Shown piece after piece: positions 57,908 to 64,000 of a stretch of 64,000 nucleotides of DNA (its first letter is position 1; each line of letters begins with the position of its first letter). A program made the position numbers and the translations under genes. The stretch is from an uncultured Chloroflexia bacterium (GTDB lineage Bacteria > Chloroflexota > Limnocylindria > Limnocylindrales > CSP1-4), in contig CAWDAI010000013.1 of the NCBI GenBank assembly GCA_963800275.1, forward strand, positions 1,448 to 65,447, read 5' to 3'. The notes below the pieces were generated by a model that was not told where the DNA came from, searched no databases, and worked only from the letters and a program-made list of their open reading frames with translations.

Positions 57908-59017
57908 TCAGGTTTCCGCCAGCTCGCGGGGAGCGGCCAGCAGGACCGCGCGGACCGCGCCCCACTCGTCCCACAGCGGCTCCAGCTCCGGTGTCCCGCC
58001 GCCGAGGGCCGCGACCACCCGGTCGAGGCTGAGGTCCGGCGCACGCGCTGCGAGGAAGGCCCGTCCATCGACGGTCACCGACGGGGGCAGGTCGCGCAGA
58101 TCGGCCGGTGAGGGCAGATCGCGCAGGTTGCGCGCGTCGAGCCCTGCGTAGGCGAGGGCCATGGCCAGGTCGGAGGGTGTCGGTATCCGGCCACCGGCCC
58201 AGCCGCCGGCGGGGTCGAAGGAGAACCCAAGGCGTCGGAACGCGCCGATCACGTCGCGTGACTCCTGCGCCGAGAGTGCCGCCCAGAGACGATGGCCCTG
58301 GTCGGGCACGAGGTGTCCGGCGTCCGCTGCTGCCCGCCTGATCGCCGCCACGAGCGCCCCAAGACCGATCCGCCAGGCCTGCTCCTCGCGGCCGGCCGTA
58401 CCTGCCAGCCGGGCGGCGGCCGAGATCAGCACCGCCTCGTCTCCCGCCAGCAGCGACTCGATGACCAGGCCGCCCCCGGCCTCGACCGGGGCCAGCGGTG
58501 CCGCGTCCATCGGCCCTCTCGCTCCGGCCGCGAGGCGGACCCGGGCTTCCAGGCAGCGTGCCCGGGCCTGCTCGTCCCGCGCGCGCTCGGCCCGCTCGGC
58601 CTGCTCGGCCTGGTGGAGCGCGGCTTCGAGAAGATCGAGCCTGGCCGCTGCCCGCTGGAGGGCCCGCTGCGCGCGCAACGTGCCCCGGTTGACCCGGGAC
58701 AGGGCACGTGCGTACTCGCCCAGCAGCTCGCGTCGCCCCTCGACATCGGCCCGGATGCGGGCCACTCGATAGGCGTCACGGGCAGCCTGCTTCTCGGCGG
58801 CACGAAGCGCCGGGTCAGCCACCTCGCGCGCTTCGGACTGCTCGTGCCGCGCCTCCAGCAGGTCGCGCCGCAACATCCGCAGCTGCTCCTCGGCTGCCGC
58901 ATGCCTGGCCTCCGCGGCACGCGCCGCGGCGCAGGCGGCCTCGGCCGCGCGACGCAGGTCTTCCGCAGGTGGGGAGGGCGTGGCTGGCGTGCCGGCCGGT
59001 CGTGCGGGAGCCGTCAT
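57908..59017 (-). CDS. Hypothetical protein with N-terminal coiled coil
   Basis: 369-aa ORF with an A/R/E-rich helical N-half; TAGGCT lies 6 nt before ATG. Confidence 0.65.
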   Translation of the reverse strand: MTAPARPAGTPATPSPPAEDLRRAAEAACAAARAAEARHAAAEEQLRMLRRDLLEARHEQSEAREVADPALRAAEKQAARDAYRVARIRADVEGRRELLGEYARALSRVNRGTLRAQRALQRAAARLDLLEAALHQAEQAERAERARDEQARARCLEARVRLAAGARGPMDAAPLAPVEAGGGLVIESLLAGDEAVLISAAARLAGTAGREEQAWRIGLGALVAAIRRAAADAGHLVPDQGHRLWAALSAQESRDVIGAFRRLGFSFDPAGGWAGGRIPTPSDLAMALAYAGLDARNLRDLPSPADLRDLPPSVTVDGRAFLAARAPDLSLDRVVAALGGGTPELEPLWDEWGAVRAVLLAAPRELAET

Positions 59018-59231
59018 GGCGGGAGCCTATGGCCGGGCGATGCCCCCGGCAACCGTCCGATGGTCCGTCCCCCACCACCGCCGAGACCAGCGGAAGGCTC
59101 GCAAAAGGAACACTCTGATGCTTATCTATCGCCCACAGCCTCGGGAAGCGGTGGTAGATTATCGAATGCTCAGCGGGAGCAGCATCATTTCGTCTGGCAC
59201 CACATCCGTGTTGAGGGGAGTCGAACGCAGC

Positions 59232-61104
59232 GTGGTCATCGACACCGGTCAGGAATTCCTCGTCCAGCCCGTGGACGCTTCCTGGCTGCAGTGCAATATC
59301 GAGTGCCAGGAGGCGTGCCCCGTCGGCACCAACTGTCGCGGCTACCTGAACCTCGCGGCCGAGGGCCGTTTCGAGGAGGGCTACATCCTCTCGCGTGAGC
59401 CCAACCCGGTGGCGGCCATGTGCGCCTATGTCTGCTCCGCGCCCTGCGAGCGGGCCTGCCGCCGGGGTGACATCGATCGCCCGCTGGCCATCCGCGCCAT
59501 GAAGCGCTTCCTCGTCGAGTGGCACGCCCAGTCGGGTATCCCCGACGAGATGCCGCTGATCACCCCGCGGGACACCACCGTGGCGGTCATCGGCGCCGGT
59601 CCTTCCGGGCTGGCGGTCGCGCGCGAGCTGGCCGTGGCCGGCCACCAGGTGACGGTCTTCGACGAGCTGCCCATGGCCGGTGGCACGATGCTGGTGGGCG
59701 TGCCCGCCTTCCGTCTGCCGCGCGCGGCGATCGAGGCCGACTCCCGCCTGGTAGAACGCCTGGGCGTGGACTTCCGCTTCGGGACCCGCATCGGCCGCGA
59801 CATCACCTTCGAGCAGCTGCAGGAGCGCTTCGACGCGGTGGCCATCTGCGCGGGCGCCATGAACGCGGTCCCCCTGGACATCCCCGGCAACGATCTCGAG
59901 GGCATCCAGTACGGCGTGGACTTCATGAAGCGGGCCAACCTCGGCGAGGAGCTGGAGGTGGGCACGGACGTGGTCGTCATCGGTGGCGGCTACACGGCCA
60001 TGGACTGCTCGCGCACCAGCCTGCGCCACGGCGCCAGCAACGTGACCATCGCCTACCGCCGCACGCGCTCGGAGCTGGTGGTGGACGAGGAGGAGCTGGG
60101 CGAGACCGAACGCGAGGGCGTGCGCATGGACTTCCTCGTCAGCCCCGTGGAGATCCTCGGTGATGACGCTGGCCGCATCAGCGGTGTCAGGTTCGTGCGC
60201 AACAAGCTGGGCGAGCCCGATGCCTCCGGTCGGCGCCGGCCGGTCCCCATCGAGGGCACGGAATTCGTGGTCCCGGCCCAGACCGTCATCCCGGCGGTGA
60301 GCCAGGCCGCGGACAACACCTTCCTGCCGGTCGAGGCCACCTTCCAGATCAACCGTGGCCGCATGCGCGTGGATCCCGGCACCTATGCCACCAACGTCCG
60401 GGGCGTCTTCGCCTGCGGCGATTTCGTGACCGGCCCGACCACCCTGATCGAGGCCGCCGGACACGGCAAGAAGGCGGCCTACGCTATCGACCGCTATCTC
60501 TCCGGGCGCTCGAGCGTGGCCGTGGACGCGAACGTGCGCATAGTCAGCTCCTCACGTCACGAGATGCCCGAGTCCTACGACCGCCTGCCACGGCAGCACA
60601 TCCCGGTGGTGCCGCTCGAGGCGCGGATGCCCGCGGACGATCCCAGCGTCAACTTCAGCACGCCCATGGAGCTAGGTTTCGGGGTCGATGGCGCCGTCGC
60701 CGAAATCGACGCGCTGCCTGATGTGCAACTACAACATCTGGTTCGACGGCTTCCGCTGCGTCCTCTGCGGCGCCTGCGCGGATGTCTGCCCGGAGGGCGT
60801 CATCCACATGATCGACGTCAACCAGATGAAGTCGGAGGGTGCGCTGCCCGAGCTGGTGGACGGCTACGGCTGGACCCAGGGCGCGGCCATGGTCCTCGAT
60901 GAGGAGCGCTGCATCCGCTGCGCCCTGTGCGTGAAACGGTGTCCCTACGACGCCATCACCATGGAGCGCTTCGAGATGCAGGAGGTCAGTGAGGACGGTA
61001 GGCTCTACAAGGAGTCCTACCGCGATACCCAGCTCGGACTGGCGGGTGTGGGCAATCAGGCAGAGGCAGGGGGGCACTCCGCGATGACGGGGACACGACG
61101 TTGA
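59232..61104 (+). CDS. GltD/NfnB-like NAD(P)H-dependent FAD/Fe-S oxidoreductase with C-terminal 2x[4Fe-4S] domain (frameshift near 60705)
   Basis: [40 protein letters not shown] and GDFVTGP, then [17 protein letters not shown] and [12 protein letters not shown] in the next frame. Confidence 0.85.
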
Positions 61105-61829
61105 GCTTCCTCGAACGGATCGACAACGGCATCCGCCGGAGCGCGGTCTTCCGCTCCATCTTCCGGCAGCCCTACCCCAGCGACGAGCGCTCGCGCGCGA
61201 TGGCGGTCATGAACAACGTGTTCCTGCACCTCCACCCGGTGCGGGTCCGCCAGCACGCGGTCAAGTTCGCCTACACCTTCTGCCTCGGCGGGCTCTCCTT
61301 CTTCTTCTTCCTCGTGCTCACCGTGACGGGCGTGTACCTCATGTTCTTCTACGTGCCCTCGGCGACCCAGGCCTACACGGACATCCTGCGTATCCAGTCG
61401 GAGGTGCCGTTCGGGTTGCTGGCCCGCAACATCCACCGCTGGGCCGCGCACCTGATGGTCTTCTTCGTCTTCCTGCACATGATGCGCGTCTTCTATCACG
61501 GCGCCTACAAGCCTCCCCGCGAGTTCAACTGGGTGGTGGGCGTGGTGCTGTTGTTGCTGACCGTCTTCCTTTCCTTCACCGGCTACCTGCTGCCGTGGGA
61601 CCAGATCGCCTTCTGGGCCATCACCATCGGTACCAACATGGCCACCTTCGCGCCGCTCTTCAACACGCCCAGCCAGTTGTTGCTGCTCGGCGGCATCGAG
61701 GTCGGCCAGAACACGCTCCTCCGCTTCTACGTCCTGCACGTGATCCTGATGCCGCTGGTGGCGGCGATCTTCCTGGCCGTTCACTTCTGGCGCATCCGCA
61801 AGGACGGAGGTATCAGCGGTCCCCTCTAG
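61101..61829 (+). CDS. petB: Cytochrome b6-type (split cytochrome b, N-terminal part)
   Basis: FCLGG (heme ci Cys), [23 protein letters not shown] and RFYVLH. Confidence 0.92.
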   Translation: MSFLERIDNGIRRSAVFRSIFRQPYPSDERSRAMAVMNNVFLHLHPVRVRQHAVKFAYTFCLGGLSFFFFLVLTVTGVYLMFFYVPSATQAYTDILRIQSEVPFGLLARNIHRWAAHLMVFFVFLHMMRVFYHGAYKPPREFNWVVGVVLLLLTVFLSFTGYLLPWDQIAFWAITIGTNMATFAPLFNTPSQLLLLGGIEVGQNTLLRFYVLHVILMPLVAAIFLAVHFWRIRKDGGISGPL

Positions 61830-61844
61830 ACCGACAGACTGCAC

Positions 61845-62486
61845 ATGAGCGACGAGACCAAGTCCCCCCAGGTACCCGCCGCGTCGCCGGCCAAGGAGCC
61901 GGAGCGCCGCTCCACGCTGCCTGCGGCTCCGCCCGAGCGGCGCGTGACCGAGATCGACAAGCAGCGCGTGCCCATGGCCGCCAAGCCCTACCGCCTGCTG
62001 GCGCTGGTCAAGCAGGACGCTGTCGTGCGCGTCCAGAAGGAACCCGACGACACGGTCATGACCTGGCCGCACCTGCTCAGCATCGAGTTCTTCGCGGCAG
62101 CCATGATGAGCATCTTCCTGATCCTCATGGGCATCTTCATCAACGCTCCCCTGGAGGAGCTGGCCAACGGCAACGTCACACCGGCCGTGGCCAAGGCGCC
62201 CTGGTACTTCGTGGGCCTGCAGGAGCTGCTGGCCTACTTCCACCCGACCGTGGCCGGCGTGCTCGGCCCCACGGTCATCCTGGTGGGCGCAGCGCTCATC
62301 CCGTTCATCGACCGCGGTCCCAAGGGCGACGGCGGCTCACCGCGTCCCTCCGACCGCAAGGTCGGCGTGATGCTCTTCACCATCGTCATGGCAGCTGGCC
62401 TCACGGTCACCTTCCTTGGCGCTTTCTTCCGCGGCCCGGGCTACGCCTGGACGATGCCGTGGGATGGCTTCTTCTTCGCACTGTAG
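61845..62486 (+). CDS. Cytochrome b subunit IV-like protein
   Basis: TWPHLL..E, AN...TP..KAPWYF.GLQELL and PFIDR; three TM helices. Confidence 0.85.
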   Translation: MSDETKSPQVPAASPAKEPERRSTLPAAPPERRVTEIDKQRVPMAAKPYRLLALVKQDAVVRVQKEPDDTVMTWPHLLSIEFFAAAMMSIFLILMGIFINAPLEELANGNVTPAVAKAPWYFVGLQELLAYFHPTVAGVLGPTVILVGAALIPFIDRGPKGDGGSPRPSDRKVGVMLFTIVMAAGLTVTFLGAFFRGPGYAWTMPWDGFFFAL

Positions 62487-62496
62487 GGGCGGATCG

Positions 62497-63165
62497 ATGG
62501 GTAACTGGAAGTTGACGCGAGCCCAAGAGCCCCAGGCGCTGACGCAGCCGGTGCTGCGCGAGCTGCGCTCGGGCGCCACCGGTGGGCTGACCCGTCGCCA
62601 GCTCATCCGCCGCTCCATCGGCGCCGCCGTGGCCCTGTGGCTGCTGGAGGTCGGCGCGGGTACGCTGGGGTTCCTCTGGCCCAACCTCGCGCGCGGCTTC
62701 GGCGGGCAGATCACGCTGGGCGACTATGCGACCGTGGCAGAGAGCCCGGATACGCCGGATGCCCCGTTGCCTGAGGGCGGCGCGTCCTACTTCTTCAGTG
62801 CCCGTGCCTTCATCGTGCTCAACGATCCGAACCTCGGCTTCGAGGATGGCCAGTCGTCCGACGGTGAAGGCGTGGACACCAACGTGCGCACGCTCTACCA
62901 GAAGTGCCCGCACCTCGGCTGCAAGCCCAACTTCTGCGCTTCCAACTACTGGTTCGAGTGCCCCTGTCACGGCTCGCGCTATGACCGTCTGGGCACCAAG
63001 ATCAAGGAGCTTGGTCCCGCGCCGCGCAGCCTGGACCGCTTCCCCCATGAGGTCTCGAATGGCGTCCTCACGGTGGACACCAGCAAGATCGTGCTCGGGC
63101 CCCTGCCCATCGCCCTGGGTCAGCCTGGGCTCATCCCGCCCAAGTCCCCCACGGGCTGCATTTGA
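62497..63165 (+). CDS. Rieske iron-sulfur protein
   Basis: Tat motif TRRQLI, CPHLGC, CPCHGS and GPAPRSL. Confidence 0.93.
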   Translation: MGNWKLTRAQEPQALTQPVLRELRSGATGGLTRRQLIRRSIGAAVALWLLEVGAGTLGFLWPNLARGFGGQITLGDYATVAESPDTPDAPLPEGGASYFFSARAFIVLNDPNLGFEDGQSSDGEGVDTNVRTLYQKCPHLGCKPNFCASNYWFECPCHGSRYDRLGTKIKELGPAPRSLDRFPHEVSNGVLTVDTSKIVLGPLPIALGQPGLIPPKSPTGCI

Positions 63166-64000
63166 TGGCCGAAGACAAGAGCGGTCGCGAGCTGACGCCT
63201 CGTCAGCCGGATGAGGTAGCCACGCCCGATGGTTCGCTGACGCCGGTCGACGGTGAGCACCGGGAAGTCGAGCGCTTCTCTGCCGGACCGCAAGCCCACA
63301 GCGTGGGGCTGACCGAGGAGCGTTCGGCGCAGATCGTGCGCCAGAGCGCCAACGCCCGCAACATCGTGTTCCTCGGCATCCTGCTCATCGCGCTCTTCAT
63401 CCCCATCTACTGGTTCTACGAGTCCGGCATCCCGGCACTCGGCACCGAAGGCCGTATGGCCGCCACGGTGGAGGACCAGTACGTCACTGATGTGGCCCGA
63501 GGCTATGAGCTGTACCTCGCCAACTGTGCCGCCTGTCACGGTGAGCAGGGCCAGGGCGGCGTGGGGCCGCCCCTCAATGACCAGGGCAAGCTGTACAACG
63601 CGCTGACGCCCGCCGGCGGCGCTGGCACGGGACATCTCAACCCGAACTACATCGACAACGTGCTCACCGTCGGCGGACGGTACGTGTGCGGCAATCCGGA
63701 CAGCCTGATGCAGGCCTGGAAGGATCCCGCGGGCCCGCTCAACTACCGCCAGGTGGAAGAGCTCATCGCCTGGATCACGGCCAGCAAGGACGTGGTCTTC
63801 GAGCGCCATATCCAGACGCACGGCGGGGACGGCGCGCCGGCCGAGCCGGAGATGGTCTCCGGTTGGCGAGATCCCAACTACACGCCTGGCCCGGACGACA
63901 CGCCCGTACCGGATTGCTGGACCAACCCCGGTGGCACCGCCGCGGGCACCAGCGGGACCAGCACGAGCACGGGCACGACGGACACCGGCACGACCGCCAC
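63165..64000 (+). CDS. Membrane-anchored c-type cytochrome (partial, runs off the window)
   Basis: ATG 63165 overlaps the Rieske stop; TM helix, then NCAACHG..GQGGVGPPLN...MQAW. Confidence 0.88.
   Translation, partial: MAEDKSGRELTPRQPDEVATPDGSLTPVDGEHREVERFSAGPQAHSVGLTEERSAQIVRQSANARNIVFLGILLIALFIPIYWFYESGIPALGTEGRMAATVEDQYVTDVARGYELYLANCAACHGEQGQGGVGPPLNDQGKLYNALTPAGGAGTGHLNPNYIDNVLTVGGRYVCGNPDSLMQAWKDPAGPLNYRQVEELIAWITASKDVVFERHIQTHGGDGAPAEPEMVSGWRDPNYTPGPDDTPVPDCWTNPGGTAAGTSGTSTSTGTTDTGTTA

Noticed and set aside
59232-61104. Glutamate synthase small subunit
   Set aside because: No gltB is adjacent, and the extra ferredoxin domain and coupling to cytochrome b point to another role.

Overview
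High-GC bacterial chromosomal segment with no rRNA, tRNA, CRISPR array or transposase recognised. Gene content and style suggest a Chloroflexota-like or actinobacterial-like organism (inference only). From left to right: an ECF sigma/anti-sigma/secreted-paralog trio; a nucleotidyltransferase-HTH (TA-like) pair; LtrA; a MerB-like protein; a MazF-type TA module; a restriction-modification island (Vsr, a BglII/BstYI-like nuclease missed by the ORF track, a Sau3AI-like C5 methyltransferase, an AspBHI/Mrr-like nuclease) next to a TM0106-type nuclease; a divergent hydrogenase-maturation cluster with no hydrogenase (DUF6390-like, HypC, HypA, cNMP-binding protein, protease-like protein); a sugar ABC operon with a GH125-like hydrolase; a NarL-type two-component system; PadR and hemerythrin genes; a dsrE-tusA-mvhD-hdrA-hdrA-HTH-qmoC-like cluster followed by pntAB; a 94-bp duplication enclosing phased tandem repeats next to a WYL regulator; a probable 6S RNA; a TPP riboswitch with thiN-thiBPQ; bcp; a sulfatase; and a GltD/NfnB-like flavoprotein heading a b6-type Rieske/cytochrome b operon. 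About a dozen single-base frameshifts in otherwise intact genes look more like assembly indels than true pseudogenes. All calls come from reading motifs by eye; no searches were run.
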